Under the pieces are notes generated by a model. That model saw nothing but the letters and a program-made list of their open reading frames with translations. It was not told the origin of the DNA and made no database searches. A DNA stretch of 64,000 nucleotides, taken from NCBI GenBank assembly GCA_963754875.1, contig CAVWHO010000020.1:401405-465404 (forward strand), written 5' to 3'. The position numbers and the translations under genes are program-made. Shown piece by piece: positions 11,267-22,279 of the stretch. How positions within the stretch are numbered: position 1 is the first letter of the stretch; every line of letters starts with the position of its first letter. The DNA is from Nitrospirota bacterium. Its GTDB lineage: Bacteria > Nitrospirota > UBA9217.

Positions 11267-11603
11267 GGGCTGTAACCCTGCCGTTTGAATAGTTTTGAAT
11301 GAATTCTATGCTTATCCTAAATGTTTGTCAACATGATGAGAGTTTTTTGATGAGAGTTTTTTATGAAAGGAGCTGGCGGAACATAGTGTTTAAAGCACGG
11401 TGCAATATTACGATAGTAATCGATCACAACGCTTTCCTTTTCATGACCTCTGCACGCAAGCCTGCTGGGATAGGACGGCAGCCACATTTCTTATCATGCG
11501 CCACGTGCCAGCTTATTCTTTCGTTGGATGTAAATCGATACTCGATTTGCCAAACGCTTGAGTCGTATCGGTCATTTCCCCTCCGTTAGTTAGACAATTT
11601 TCG

Positions 11604-12380
11604 TCACTTGCCTTTATGGTGGAATGCATTCAGTCTTGCTCTTACTTCGCCGAAATCGCCCACGTTCGAATAAGCATTGATCGTTTCGAGCTTCAAAGCA
11701 TCATCCAGGGTGCGGCCCACCACCTCAAGGATGGTCTCTTTTGCTGAACGAACAGCCTGCTGGCTGTTCTTCAATATCATGTTTGCATATGCTTCAGCCG
11801 TCGTAATAAGTTCATTCTGGGGGACAACTCGATTTACCAAGCCGAGCTGGTGCGCCTCGGTTGCCGTTATTGCACGTCCCGTCATTGCCAAATCCAAAGC
11901 CACGGCAAGTCCCGCGATGGCGACAAGGCGTACGATGCCTCCGTCGCCTGAATGCAACCCCTGGCGCACTTCAAAGGAGCCGAATTGAGCGGTTTCGGAG
12001 GCTATGCGGATATCGCACGCGAGCGCCAGTTCAAAACCGCCGCCAATTGCGTGGCCGTTTATCGCCGCTATAATCGGTTTGTAAATCCGATACTGACCCC
12101 TGGTTATGCCGCCTCCAATGCCTTTTTTTACATTCTTGCGAATATCGAGCATGGTCGCGTGTTCCCACTTCGGTATCCATGTCTTAAGGTCTGCCCCTGC
12201 GCAAAATGTCCTACCGGCCCCAGTGAGTATCGCTATGTCGACAGAATCGTCTGCGCTGAAGTCCGACCACACTTGCCAGAGGGCATTGTTAAGGTCGTCG
12301 TCCAGTGCATTCAAGACGTCGGGACGGTTCAGGGTAACATAGCCGATCCGGTTCTTCTTCTCATACATGACCTTGTTCAT
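11604..12380 (-). CDS. Enoyl-CoA hydratase/isomerase family protein
   Basis: 'LNRPDVLNAL','FCAGADL','KPIIAAINGHAIGGGFELALACDIR'; RBS before ATG 12380. Confidence 0.9.
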   Translation of the reverse strand: MNKVMYEKKNRIGYVTLNRPDVLNALDDDLNNALWQVWSDFSADDSVDIAILTGAGRTFCAGADLKTWIPKWEHATMLDIRKNVKKGIGGGITRGQYRIYKPIIAAINGHAIGGGFELALACDIRIASETAQFGSFEVRQGLHSGDGGIVRLVAIAGLAVALDLAMTGRAITATEAHQLGLVNRVVPQNELITTAEAYANMILKNSQQAVRSAKETILEVVGRTLDDALKLETINAYSNVGDFGEVRARLNAFHHKGK

Positions 12381-12634
12381 TGCATCCTCCCTGTTTCCAT
12401 ACATGTCAGCGTGATGCTATCCGCCTGGATGTTCACCATGAATTCTCGACACGTAGCAGGTCTGGTTGAACACAGGGATATCCAATCTATTTCGGAATAA
12501 AGTGACCGGCTTCGCTCGAACGAAGGATTACCCCAACTGCGGCCCTTTGCCGACCACCATCCTGCCGTTGTAATATCTTTGTTTGATTTCTTGTTCTTTT
12601 TCCAGATATTAGGCAATCCCGTGCTGTTTGAGGG

Positions 12635-13845
12635 TAGTGTAGTGTCTCTCAATTAACTGGTGTTATGTCATGATTTGTGATAGGATGCTGTTCATGGCAC
12701 GACACGCTTTAACCATAAACCTTACTGAGTCTGATCGACAAGAACTAGAGCAATGGGTGCGGGCTCATCGCACCCCGCAACAAGTTGCTCAACGGTGTCG
12801 AATTATTCTAGCCGCTGCGAATGGCCAACAAGACAAGGCCATCGCAAAGCAAATGCAAATCAATTATAAAACGGCTGCATTATGGAGGCAGCGGTTCTGT
12901 AGTGAAGGTCCGGACTGCCTTTGGGAAGTTGCGGCAGGTCGCGGACGTAAACCAGAGTTAACGGCAACCAAAATTAATAAAATAATTAATGCCACACTGC
13001 AAACGAAGCCTGCTGGAGCCACCCATTGGAGTTGCCGAACGATGGCTGAACAGCAGGGCGTGAGCAAAGCAACGATCAATAGGATCTGGCAAAGTCATCA
13101 TATTCAGCCGCACAGAACCACGGGATTTAAGTTGTCACGCGATCCACGGTTCTTGGAAAAGCTTACCGATGTCGTCGGGCTCTATCTCAATCCTCCAGAA
13201 AAAGCATTAGTGCTGTGTGTGGATGAGAAAAGCCAGATTCAAGCGTTAGATCGTACACAACCGGGACTTCCTTTAAAAAAAGGGCGTTGCGGTACCATGA
13301 CTCATGACTATAAGCGTAACGGCACGACAACCCTTTTTGCTGCGCTCGAATTGGCGCAAGGTAAAGTGATCGGTCAATGTTATGCTCGGCATCGCCATCA
13401 GGAATTTCTCAAGTTTTTAAAGCAACTGGATGCTGAATTCCCGGTCGAAAAGCAGCTGCACATAGTGATGGATAACTATGGCACGCATAAGCACCCCAAA
13501 GTCCAGAGATGGTTAACACGGCATCCACGTTTTGTTTCCCACTTCGTCCCGACCAGTTCAAGCTGGTTGAACCTTGTTGAGCGTTGGTTCGGAGAACTGA
13601 CGGGAAAACGAATACGTCGCGGAGTCTTTGTCAGCGTGGACGCGCTCAAGAGCGCTATCGAAGAGTATTTGGCTGCTTGGAACAAAGACCCAAAACCGTT
13701 TGTATGGACCGCAACCGTTGAATCGATCGTTAAGAAACTTGGACGCTGCAAACAAACATTGGAGAAAATTCAGCCAGGCTGCACATTACCTCGCTCTCGC
13801 AAGAAAAAGGCTGATAACACCAGTCGTTTGTGAGACACTACAGTA
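12635..13845 (+). mobile_element. IS630-family insertion sequence, copy 1
   Basis: Imperfect ~30-bp terminal IRs (TGTAGTGTCTC..ACTGGTGTTAT), flanking TA dinucleotides. Confidence 0.9.
12694..13833 (+). CDS. IS630 transposase
   Basis: 'CVDEKSQIQALDRTQP','MDNYGTHKH','SSWLNLVERWF'. Confidence 0.95.
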   Translation: MARHALTINLTESDRQELEQWVRAHRTPQQVAQRCRIILAAANGQQDKAIAKQMQINYKTAALWRQRFCSEGPDCLWEVAAGRGRKPELTATKINKIINATLQTKPAGATHWSCRTMAEQQGVSKATINRIWQSHHIQPHRTTGFKLSRDPRFLEKLTDVVGLYLNPPEKALVLCVDEKSQIQALDRTQPGLPLKKGRCGTMTHDYKRNGTTTLFAALELAQGKVIGQCYARHRHQEFLKFLKQLDAEFPVEKQLHIVMDNYGTHKHPKVQRWLTRHPRFVSHFVPTSSSWLNLVERWFGELTGKRIRRGVFVSVDALKSAIEEYLAAWNKDPKPFVWTATVESIVKKLGRCKQTLEKIQPGCTLPRSRKKKADNTSRL

Positions 13846-14216
13846 GCACAGGTTGAATATTTTAAGGTTGTGCGGCAGGACGTCCGCCGTGGGATTGAAT
13901 TTAACGCAGCGGAATTCCAAACACTCAAAACAGAAGTCGAGCCCTCGTTCTGTCGCGCATGCGTAGGTTACGCATGTGCCTTCGACGAACTGGTTCTTCC
14001 CCTTAGCCGGCCTGCATCCCGGACAAGGGGCCCCGTTCCATTTCGTCTTCTTAATCAGTACCTGCCGCAGAGACGGATCGTCCTTGACCTTGTAAGCCGG
14101 GCAGGTCCCGCAATGCATCCCTCATGGCGAACTAGAGTAATGTCGTCTTTTGTCTTCATGGAAGAAGCCTCCTTTTTGTTTTCTTCTATCCGTTAGACCG
14201 GCTCGGAGGCGATAGG

Positions 14217-15071
14217 TTACAAAAGATCAGGAAAAATAAACCACTCTTTGTTTCGAATACCTTCACGGATTCTTTGAGCAAAAGATTCGTCAGCCCTGTC
14301 CCGGTAAAGGTCGTGGTAAAAATCACGCAACGTTTTCATTTTCCTGAAATCTTCCCTTGCTTGGATGGTAATAGGAGGAAGGGGATTGACTGAAGCCTCT
14401 TTTGAAATCCAGCCCTGCGACAGGCCGAAACGAACGAACTGCCTACAATTACAGGGATTGGATTTCTTGATAAATTGACATCTGTTTTCCATGTAGCCGA
14501 ACCATCTTTTCTTGGCACGATGAAGCGTAGTTTTGACCGAGCTTACTGAGCAGTCGAGAATTTCGGCAACGAGTTTCTGAGGCAGACCTACAGTGATCGT
14601 CAGGCAAAAAACCTTTCGCTCGTTCGCTTGCAGGCATTCCGTCAAAGAGTGCAAACACTTGACCCGCGCCTGCTGGGCGAGCAGCGCGGTTTCAGGGTTG
14701 TTTGCGGGATTAGAGTCAATGACGTCCTCGAGAGAATAACCCAGGTCCTCGGTAAGCGTATAGATCGGCAGTTTGCTCCTGTATCTCAAGTAATCATTTG
14801 ATACGTTGATCGTAATTCGATATACCCAGGTAAAAAAAGAACTATCTTCGCGGAAGGTGTCATAGGAGCGAAAAGCACGAAAGAATGCTTCCTGGGTGAT
14901 GTCCTCGGCGTCGTATGCATTGCCTGCAAGTGACAACGCAAGCCTATAGACTTTCGATTGATTGTCACGGTACAGCTGGTCGAAAAGATTCCTCTGCTCG
15001 TCAATCACAGTCAGCACCTCTTTCATTTTCGGAGTTTTACTAAAGAGGTATCCCGATGATCTCCTCCGCAT
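14217..15071 (-). CDS. ECF RNA polymerase sigma factor with Cys-containing C-terminal extension
   Basis: 'DAEDITQEAF','FFTWVYRI','VKTTLHRAK', then 'NRCQFIKKSNPCNC'; start uncertain. Confidence 0.85.
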   Translation of the reverse strand: MRRRSSGYLFSKTPKMKEVLTVIDEQRNLFDQLYRDNQSKVYRLALSLAGNAYDAEDITQEAFFRAFRSYDTFREDSSFFTWVYRITINVSNDYLRYRSKLPIYTLTEDLGYSLEDVIDSNPANNPETALLAQQARVKCLHSLTECLQANERKVFCLTITVGLPQKLVAEILDCSVSSVKTTLHRAKKRWFGYMENRCQFIKKSNPCNCRQFVRFGLSQGWISKEASVNPLPPITIQAREDFRKMKTLRDFYHDLYRDRADESFAQRIREGIRNKEWFIFPDLL

Positions 15072-15157
15072 TTGACACCTTATTTTTCATTTTTTGTTTT
15101 GTATCTGTCTTTTTGATTTGATATCAACCCGGTTCGTGCATTTCCTCCGCCGCTGAC

Positions 15158-16444
15158 TTACGTTGGCTTTGTTTTTTTGCGGCCCAGAAAATAGACGGTG
15201 AAAGCCCCCAGGGCGCAGAAAAGACCGCCCGCCTGCAAGGCGTGGCCCGAACCCACCCTTTGGGCGATGACGCCCATCCAAAAGCTTCCGATAGGCATGC
15301 TCCCGCCGAAGACCAGTGCCCAAATGCCCATCAGCCTTCCACGCAGGTGATCAGGGGATTGGGTTTGGATGATGCTATTTCCGATGGAAAAAAATAAGAT
15401 GATGCCGAACCCGGCGAAGAAAAGAAGGAAGGCCGCTCCGACCGGTTGATGCATGAAACCGAAAAGAATGATGAAAGCTCCATAAATGCCCGCGCCGGTA
15501 TAAAGCGTTTTAACGCGGACGATACGAGATCCTTGGGCGGCGACGAATAAAGCGGCGGTACAAGCGCCGAGGCCATTCAGGGCCAAAAGCCAGCCATAGC
15601 CTTGGGCGTCCATATGCAATTGGGTTACCGCGAAGGCGGATAGCTGGGATTGGTAGGCCCAGCCTCCCAGTCCCATGATGAAAAGCAGGGTTACTGTTTG
15701 GGCCATGGTGGAATTTGTTTTTAAATATTTGAATCCTTCTAAAGTATATTTCCAGTCGGCTTTTACTTTTTTAGGCGCGTAGTGCGATGCGGGAAGCTGG
15801 ATTTTGTGAAGCGCGTAAAGAACCGCCAAATAACTCATGGCATCCAAAAGAAAGCACCAGGCAGCCCCGAAGGAAGCCAGTAAAAGACCTCCAATAGCGG
15901 GACCGATGACCCGGGTCGAATTCACCATGGCGCTGTTAAGCGCGATGGCGTTCACTAAATCTTTTTTGCCCACCAGTTCAACCATGAGGGTCTGCCGGGA
16001 CGGCATCTCAAAGGCGATGGATAGCCCCCAAAGGGCGGAAAAGATCATTAGATAGGCAATGTGAACGGGACCGCGGAACAACATGACGGCCAAAGTCAAT
16101 GAAGACAGTAGCGAAAACCAACTAGTCAAAGTAAAAATCCTGATTTTGGGAATACGGTCGGCCAGAGAACCGGCATAAACGGCGAAAAGGAAAATGGGAA
16201 GGGAATTGAGCATGAAAACAATACCCAGCAAAAATTCCGAATGGGTGAACTGAAAGGTAACCCAGCCTAAGGCGGCGGTGCGGGTCCAGGTGCCGATCAG
16301 TGAAACGGTTTGTCCCGAATAAAAATAGCGGTAATTAGGATTGCGTAAGGCGGAAAAGGTTTTATGCCATCCTTTGGAAGGGGGCAGCCCGGCATTGTTT
16401 GCCTCCGCTTGCTGCAAGGTTTCCTGGGAGTTCTCTGATCTCAA
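15158..16444 (-). CDS. MFS transporter
   Basis: Multi-TM profile, 'GSLADRIPK', 'PDHLRGRLMG'. Confidence 0.9.
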   Translation of the reverse strand: MRSENSQETLQQAEANNAGLPPSKGWHKTFSALRNPNYRYFYSGQTVSLIGTWTRTAALGWVTFQFTHSEFLLGIVFMLNSLPIFLFAVYAGSLADRIPKIRIFTLTSWFSLLSSLTLAVMLFRGPVHIAYLMIFSALWGLSIAFEMPSRQTLMVELVGKKDLVNAIALNSAMVNSTRVIGPAIGGLLLASFGAAWCFLLDAMSYLAVLYALHKIQLPASHYAPKKVKADWKYTLEGFKYLKTNSTMAQTVTLLFIMGLGGWAYQSQLSAFAVTQLHMDAQGYGWLLALNGLGACTAALFVAAQGSRIVRVKTLYTGAGIYGAFIILFGFMHQPVGAAFLLFFAGFGIILFFSIGNSIIQTQSPDHLRGRLMGIWALVFGGSMPIGSFWMGVIAQRVGSGHALQAGGLFCALGAFTVYFLGRKKTKPT

Positions 16445-16689
16445 TTATTCCGTCTGCTTTGCAATAAGGACACCAACTGTGAGGACCGTTGCTCGTGTCG
16501 GAAAAATCTTCTCGGTTTGAACAAGGGGTATATCCTGAGCGGCGTCGAAATGGGAATCTTTGATGACGACGTATCGAAAATCCAAGCCGAACGAGCGCTT
16601 TAGTGTAGGAAAAGTCTTGCCACTCGTCGACATTCCAAAGGTACCAAGTTTTTAATGGTTGAATGTTCTGCAGCTCGAATCATTCAAAG

Positions 16690-17689
16690 CTACTTTGACG
16701 AGAGGGTTTCAATAGCTCGTTTCGCCCAGGTGCTGTCTTGAAGGATTGCCCTTCCAACGCCGATCAGGTCAGCTTTCTTATCCTTCAATAATTTCTCAGC
16801 AGCGTTCACCATCAGTTATCCCTCCCGTAAGGATCACGGGAATGGAAACAACGCTCTTAATGGCTTCACTGAGTGGAGCAAAATATCCCTGACCGGTGAG
16901 GCCGGGGGGAGTATATCCAACAAAACCGCCGGAGATGTGAATCATATCCAGACCTGCTTTTTCAAAGGCCTGGGCGGCAATCATGCTGTCTTCAATGGTC
17001 GTTCCACCTTCTGTATAATCCGATGCCCCTAACCGTATCTGAATTGGAAAGTCCGGCCCGACTGACATGCGTACTGCCTGGATCACCTGTAAATGAATGC
17101 GAATGCGGTTGGAAATATCTCCGCCATACTCGTCTGTTCGTTTGTTTGTCAAAGGGGATAAAAACTGGTTGAGCAGGTAACCATGCGCAGAATGGATCTC
17201 CACAGCATCAAAGCCCGCGTCCCTGACCCTGCGTCCGGCCTCTTGAAAGGCATGCACAATATCACTGATTTCCTTCTTGGTGAGTTCGCGGGGCATGTCG
17301 CCGCGTCTCGGGTTCGCTGTTGCCGAAGGAGCCAAAGGCGTCGTTCCCGTGACCTCCTTGAGCGCCGCGCTTCCAGCGTGATTGATCTGCATTGCGGCTT
17401 TTGATCCGTTCCGGTGGATAATATCCGACAATTTACGCAGACCTGGTATTGCCGCGTCATCGCAAACAGAAAGCTGACTGTTGCTCGCCTTGCCTTCCGG
17501 GGTTATGTAGCTATGCTCAATGATGATCAAAGCAATATGGCCGCCTCGGGATTTTTCGTCATAGTAGTCGAGAAGCGACTGGCTTACTGTTCCGTTGAGT
17601 TCGGCTTTTGCGGTAGCCATCGGCGGCATAACCAGGCGGTTGGCCAGGTTCATTGAACGCACTTTTAACGGTGTGAGAAGACAGGTCAT
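16690..17689 (-). CDS. NADH:flavin oxidoreductase (old yellow enzyme family), frameshifted near 16808
   Basis: 'NRLVMPPM','EIHSAHGYLLNQFLSPLTNKRTDEYGG'; C-terminus 'AAEKLLKDKKADLIGVGRAIL...' lies in another frame. Confidence 0.85.
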
Positions 17690-18330
17690 GGATTAAGAAC
17701 CTCCGATACGCTCTTCACTATTTCAGTCGAATTTTTTACGATAGCGACCCGTTCGAGGTTTTTTAAAGAACGTTCATGCGCATCCCGGTCCATCGAAGAA
17801 ACGCAATCAGAAACAACCACCGGGTAGAACCCTCTGTTTGAAGCATCACGCGCTGATGACTCGATTCCTGCCTCAGTTGCTATACCGGTGAATATCAGCG
17901 TCGTTATCTGCCTGTTTCTCATCATAAGCTCGAAATTCGTCCCGATGAAAATGCTCGCAGTTGCTTTATCCAGAAGAATGTCTCCCTTCTCAGACTTTAC
18001 AGCCTCGGGGATTTCTCTTTCTCGTGAACCGGGCAACATGAAATTCGGCAGTTTGTCCGGCTCCTTGACATTATAGCGTCGCATCATATTGAAAATGCCC
18101 CAGGAAGACTGAAATTCACGTGGAAGGGGCGTGATCAGGGTATAGACAACAGGCATTTTATTTCTCATGCTCTCCACAAGACGTTTAAGGTTACTTATAA
18201 ATTCCTCCTTGTTGAATATTCTGTCCACAAGCCCGTTTTGGACATCCCAGACAATGAGGCACGAATGATCGGGATGGACTATTTCTTTCAGATCTTCATA
18301 TATGGTAAGGCCATTTGTATTTATCATCAT
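17686..18330 (-). CDS. Isochorismatase-family cysteine hydrolase-like protein
   Basis: 'LIVWDVQN','DKATASIF','SARDASNRGFYPVVVSDC'. Confidence 0.85.
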   Translation of the reverse strand: MMINTNGLTIYEDLKEIVHPDHSCLIVWDVQNGLVDRIFNKEEFISNLKRLVESMRNKMPVVYTLITPLPREFQSSWGIFNMMRRYNVKEPDKLPNFMLPGSREREIPEAVKSEKGDILLDKATASIFIGTNFELMMRNRQITTLIFTGIATEAGIESSARDASNRGFYPVVVSDCVSSMDRDAHERSLKNLERVAIVKNSTEIVKSVSEVLNP

Positions 18331-18371
18331 TGACTCCTTTCTGTAGAAAGCATCCCGTGACGTTATCAGGC

Positions 18372-18914
18372 TTATTTTGTTTGCACATAATTATTGGAGT
18401 AATGGTTGTGTTTAACCTTGTTATATGCCAGCTCGCTATCCGGAACTGGATTCTTAGTTTCGTTTGGGTAGCCAATGCTCACCATACATTCAACCTTGAT
18501 ATGTTCGGGCAGTCCGAGCAGATTCTGTATATATTGGCCAGCAGATATTATCTCTGAGTGATTACGATTCCTAATTTGTATCCAGCAGCAGCCCATGCCC
18601 AAAGCGTGAGCAGTCATCTGAACTAGTATTGCTGCAATGGAACAGTCCTCGACCCATACGTCGGATTTTGTGCTATCGGCACATACGACGATCCCCAAAG
18701 GTGCGTCCCGCAGGTGATGAGATCCTTGTTCTCTGGCCTTCGAAAGGTTAGACAGGAGCTCCCGATCATCAACAACGATAAACTCCCAAGATTTACCGTT
18801 TCGCGATGTCGGTGAACGAAGTAATGCCTCTATAAGTACATCAATGACTTTGTAATCAATAGGCGTTTGGGCATATTTACGAATACTTCTGCGTGTGCGT
18901 AAGAGATCGATCAT
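18372..18914 (-). CDS. Nitroreductase family protein
   Basis: 'RRSIRKY','SPTSRN..WEFIVV','LGMGCCWI'. Confidence 0.9.
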   Translation of the reverse strand: MIDLLRTRRSIRKYAQTPIDYKVIDVLIEALLRSPTSRNGKSWEFIVVDDRELLSNLSKAREQGSHHLRDAPLGIVVCADSTKSDVWVEDCSIAAILVQMTAHALGMGCCWIQIRNRNHSEIISAGQYIQNLLGLPEHIKVECMVSIGYPNETKNPVPDSELAYNKVKHNHYSNNYVQTK

Positions 18915-18987
18915 GTTGTGTCCTCCTCATGGTAAAACACAGCGGCGATGTAGTAACCGCTTCTTTGACCCTTTTCCCAGAGAGCGC

Positions 18988-19770
18988 CTACTTGAAAATC
19001 TCGCTGAAGAAGCTTTTCATCGCTTCCCATGAACGCTTATCCGCTTTTTCGTTATATGCGACGCCTTTCGATTTGTCCGTCCCGCTTTCAGGATTGGTGA
19101 ACGCATGTACGGCGTCAGCATACGAGACCAGGTACCAGTCAACACCCGCTTTGCGCATCTCATCTTCAAAGGCAATCACCTGCTCCGGCTTTGCATAGGG
19201 ATCGTCTGCTCCGGTGAGAACCAGTACTTTGCTCTTGATGTTCTTGGCATCCGCTGGGTTCGGCGTAGTGAGCCCCCCGTGAAAGCTAACGACACCAGCA
19301 AGGTCGGCACCGCTTCTGGCAAGCTCCAATACCGTGGTCCCGCCGAAACAGTACCCGATTGCTGCGACACGTTTCGAATCAACCAAGGAGTTCTTCTTCA
19401 GGGCTTCAAGCCCTGCATTCACTCGGGCGCGCAATAGATTCCGGTCGTTTCCGCCAAGATACTTGCCCGTAAGCGCCATCGCTTCCTGAGGTGTTTTCGC
19501 TCGGTTGCCTTTCCCGTAAATATCAGCTGCTAAGGCGACATACCCGAGCTGCGCCAGCTGTTCAGTTCGTTTCTTGGTATAATCGTTGATGCCCCACCAT
19601 TCATGAACAAGGAGGACACCTGGACGAGCGCCCTTGATCGTATCATCATAGGCCAAGTATCCTTCCAGCACTGTGTCTCCCTGTTTGTATTCAACGAGTT
19701 CGGTATGAATGGCCGCATTTGCTTTTACTGCGAGTAGCATGAAAAGCAGGCTTCCAATTATAATTTTCAT
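18988..19770 (-). CDS. Dienelactone hydrolase family protein (signal peptide)
   Basis: 'HEWWG','GYCFGG','HAFTNP'. Confidence 0.9.
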   Translation of the reverse strand: MKIIIGSLLFMLLAVKANAAIHTELVEYKQGDTVLEGYLAYDDTIKGARPGVLLVHEWWGINDYTKKRTEQLAQLGYVALAADIYGKGNRAKTPQEAMALTGKYLGGNDRNLLRARVNAGLEALKKNSLVDSKRVAAIGYCFGGTTVLELARSGADLAGVVSFHGGLTTPNPADAKNIKSKVLVLTGADDPYAKPEQVIAFEDEMRKAGVDWYLVSYADAVHAFTNPESGTDKSKGVAYNEKADKRSWEAMKSFFSEIFK

Positions 19771-19850
19771 TCTATCCTCCTGTAGATCTGGATTTGAACT
19801 CATCGTAAATTAAAATAATTTTAACACTTCCTTCATTTAGTAAGCCATGC

Positions 19851-20501
19851 TTATCCTTTTGCGGCAAGGCGATGTCCCAAATCAAAGGCTTTCTGACAGT
19901 CAATTGGGAATATTTCTTTTCGTCTCAAAGCCTTCTTCTCAGGATCAAAGTGCTCCATGATGACTTTTGAATAGTCGGGGAACTGATACGTGTCATAGGA
20001 GCACAAGGTTTCGGCCTCGCCGAAGATCCTCTTTAAAGATGCTTCGGTGGCGCTCATCATTGCTTGGTAGCCGATCTGCTTGCTCATTTCCTCGGGAACG
20101 TTCATCGTGTAGATCATCGCCGTACGCAATTTGCGCGGGAAAAGAGATCGTGGAGGTTGGGAATACACAAGAGGGGCAAAGAGGAGGCGTTCCATGCATG
20201 ATTTCAGCTCTCCGGACATGGACCCGAAATAGACCGGAGTTCCCAGCACCACTGCATCGGCCTGGTCCTCGATCATTTTTAAAACAGGGGTGAGCTCGTC
20301 TTTCATAGCGCATTTTCCCTTGTTGGGCGAGTCGATCAATTTACACGAGAAACAACTCGTGCAGCCTTTGAAGGTGAGATCGTAGAGATGAATCAGCTCG
20401 GCTTCTGCTCCTGCGGCTTTTGCCCCTTCGATTGATTTTTTCAGCAGCGTTGCGGTATTCCCGCTCTTTCTCGGACTGCCGTTAATGGCGATCAGTTTCA
20501 T
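19851..20501 (-). CDS. Flavodoxin-like/iron-sulfur flavoprotein
   Basis: 'NGSPRKSGNT','CTSCFSCK...C','GTPVYFG'. Confidence 0.85.
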   Translation of the reverse strand: MKLIAINGSPRKSGNTATLLKKSIEGAKAAGAEAELIHLYDLTFKGCTSCFSCKLIDSPNKGKCAMKDELTPVLKMIEDQADAVVLGTPVYFGSMSGELKSCMERLLFAPLVYSQPPRSLFPRKLRTAMIYTMNVPEEMSKQIGYQAMMSATEASLKRIFGEAETLCSYDTYQFPDYSKVIMEHFDPEKKALRRKEIFPIDCQKAFDLGHRLAAKG

Positions 20502-20578
20502 GTTGGATTAGCTCCTTATAAAGAATAACCTTAATGTCTGCTGCATGGCTCCGGCTCTAGGATGCGTCATTCTTATTG

Positions 20579-21646
20579 TCATCTCAGCGTAATGGCTTTC
20601 TCTGGACACATCTCCTGGCAGCAAAAGCACGCAATGCAAATGTCGGCGTTCACTCGGGGAATATTTCCAACCATGGATAACGCGGATACCGGGCAATGCT
20701 CAACGCAGGTACCGCAGCTTGTACATTTCTCCGGGTCCGCCTGAGGGCGCAGGATTGCCCGTCCATGAATCATTGACTGCATGGCCTCATTGCGGAATAT
20801 TGCTTCTCCGCCCAACGGGGGCAGTTTGAAATCAGGCAGCGTTTTCAACTCTCCGATGATTTCGATCGTCTTGAGATCGTAGTCACCCAAGCCCGCTTCT
20901 TTCGCCTTTTGAAGGAATCTCAGTTTCCCTGGATCGCATCCCATCATCGTTGCTATAACGGAGTCAACGGCAACAGCATTATCTGAGGCGAGGATCACGC
21001 CGATATTTCTGAGGTCAGGTGAGGCCGGTCCATTGCCTTCCATTCCGACTACGGCGTCAACGATGAACAAATCCGGCACCCGAAGCTTGAATACTTCTAC
21101 AATCACTTCATTAAAATCCGTCGGGTTGCCGGCAGCCCTGTGCAGCATGGCTTTCTGCGCGCCGGGCAATAAACCGTAACTGTTCTTGATCGCTCCAGTC
21201 AGAACGGTCAGACCGTGAGTTTTGAATTTAGGAAGACTGATGATAATATCAGCATCCAGCACGTCTTGCGAAACGCTGACAAAGGGCATGAATTTTGGAT
21301 GGAAGGCGACTTTCCGGGAATCATTTCCGATGTTTTTATAGTGGCCTTTGGCTGCGTCCATCAGGCCGGTTTTGGAAAAGCTCTCCTCGTTTGCGCCGTA
21401 GCTGAACAGGCCTGGATTATCTCCCACGATAAGAGAGGCGGGACTCATTGTTTCCACCTTTTCCACGACAGCGCGGAGGACGGCAGGATTAGTGACAATG
21501 CCATCTTTTGTTTCCGAGCTTCGGAGTACGTTGGGCTTGATCAGGACTTTCTTCCCCGATACCATCATAGGAAAGAGTTCAAATGCTCGGTCTACAGCTT
21601 GACGGACATTCTCATAACTGGCTGGATGGATCATGACTTTTGGCAT
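20579..21646 (-). CDS. DUF362 domain protein with C-terminal 2x[4Fe-4S] ferredoxin
   Basis: 'VLIKPN','PKFKTH','GMEGNGP', two CxxCxxCxxxCP motifs. Confidence 0.85.
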   Translation of the reverse strand: MPKVMIHPASYENVRQAVDRAFELFPMMVSGKKVLIKPNVLRSSETKDGIVTNPAVLRAVVEKVETMSPASLIVGDNPGLFSYGANEESFSKTGLMDAAKGHYKNIGNDSRKVAFHPKFMPFVSVSQDVLDADIIISLPKFKTHGLTVLTGAIKNSYGLLPGAQKAMLHRAAGNPTDFNEVIVEVFKLRVPDLFIVDAVVGMEGNGPASPDLRNIGVILASDNAVAVDSVIATMMGCDPGKLRFLQKAKEAGLGDYDLKTIEIIGELKTLPDFKLPPLGGEAIFRNEAMQSMIHGRAILRPQADPEKCTSCGTCVEHCPVSALSMVGNIPRVNADICIACFCCQEMCPEKAITLR

Positions 21647-21650
21647 AGCT

Positions 21651-22217
21651 TTACTCCTTTTTCCCTATCGAAAACGCCTTACCAATAAGCTCACCAATAC
21701 TATAATAAGCTCTTTGCCCTATATCAAAAATGAGCGGTTTGACTTTCAGGATATCCGCCATTTCCTGTTCGCCGAGCGCCGACTCTTCAGCCTTGACATC
21801 CATGATCTCTCCGATGAATTGCGTGTGAAGACCGATTTCGAGCGTGTGGATCACCTTGCACTCTATTACCAAGGGAAATTCTTTTACGTACGGAGCGTCA
21901 ACGAGGTCGCTTCGAACAGGGGTCAGTTTCGTCATTGCAAATTTATCGACATTTCTTCCCGAAGTCATGCCCACATAGTCCACCTCTTTCACCATCGCAG
22001 CGGATGGGATGTTAATGGTATATGCTTTGCGTTCCTTGATGCACCCGTATGTGTACGTTTCCTTTCGCAGGGAAATAGTGACGCAGGGAGGTTGGGAGCA
22101 GCATATTCCTCCCCATGCAATAGTCATGATGTTTGGTTTTCCGAGCGAATCATAGCTTCCGATAACCCATACAGGGGCTGGCTGGGCTAGTGTTTTGGCG
22201 CCGAGTGATTTTTTCAA
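21651..22217 (-). CDS. Flavin reductase (flavoredoxin-like)
   Basis: '[10 protein letters not shown]','[15 protein letters not shown]','HTQFIGEI'; TTG start after GGAGG. Confidence 0.85.
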   Translation of the reverse strand: MKKSLGAKTLAQPAPVWVIGSYDSLGKPNIMTIAWGGICCSQPPCVTISLRKETYTYGCIKERKAYTINIPSAAMVKEVDYVGMTSGRNVDKFAMTKLTPVRSDLVDAPYVKEFPLVIECKVIHTLEIGLHTQFIGEIMDVKAEESALGEQEMADILKVKPLIFDIGQRAYYSIGELIGKAFSIGKKE

Positions 22218-22279
22218 AGTTACCTCCATAAAAAATGTCGTGAAAGACTGAAGAGCGGCATTATAGATTGGCTTACTGG

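Larger units (their letters stand above)
12528..14159 (-). pseudogene. DUF3795-like Cys-rich protein interrupted by IS630
   Basis: RBS+ATG 14159; 'P*GMHCGTCPAY...CPGCR...CFECLEFRC'; C-terminus continues left of the IS (...YYNGRMVVGKGPQLG*) with frameshifts and a TAA. Confidence 0.7.
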
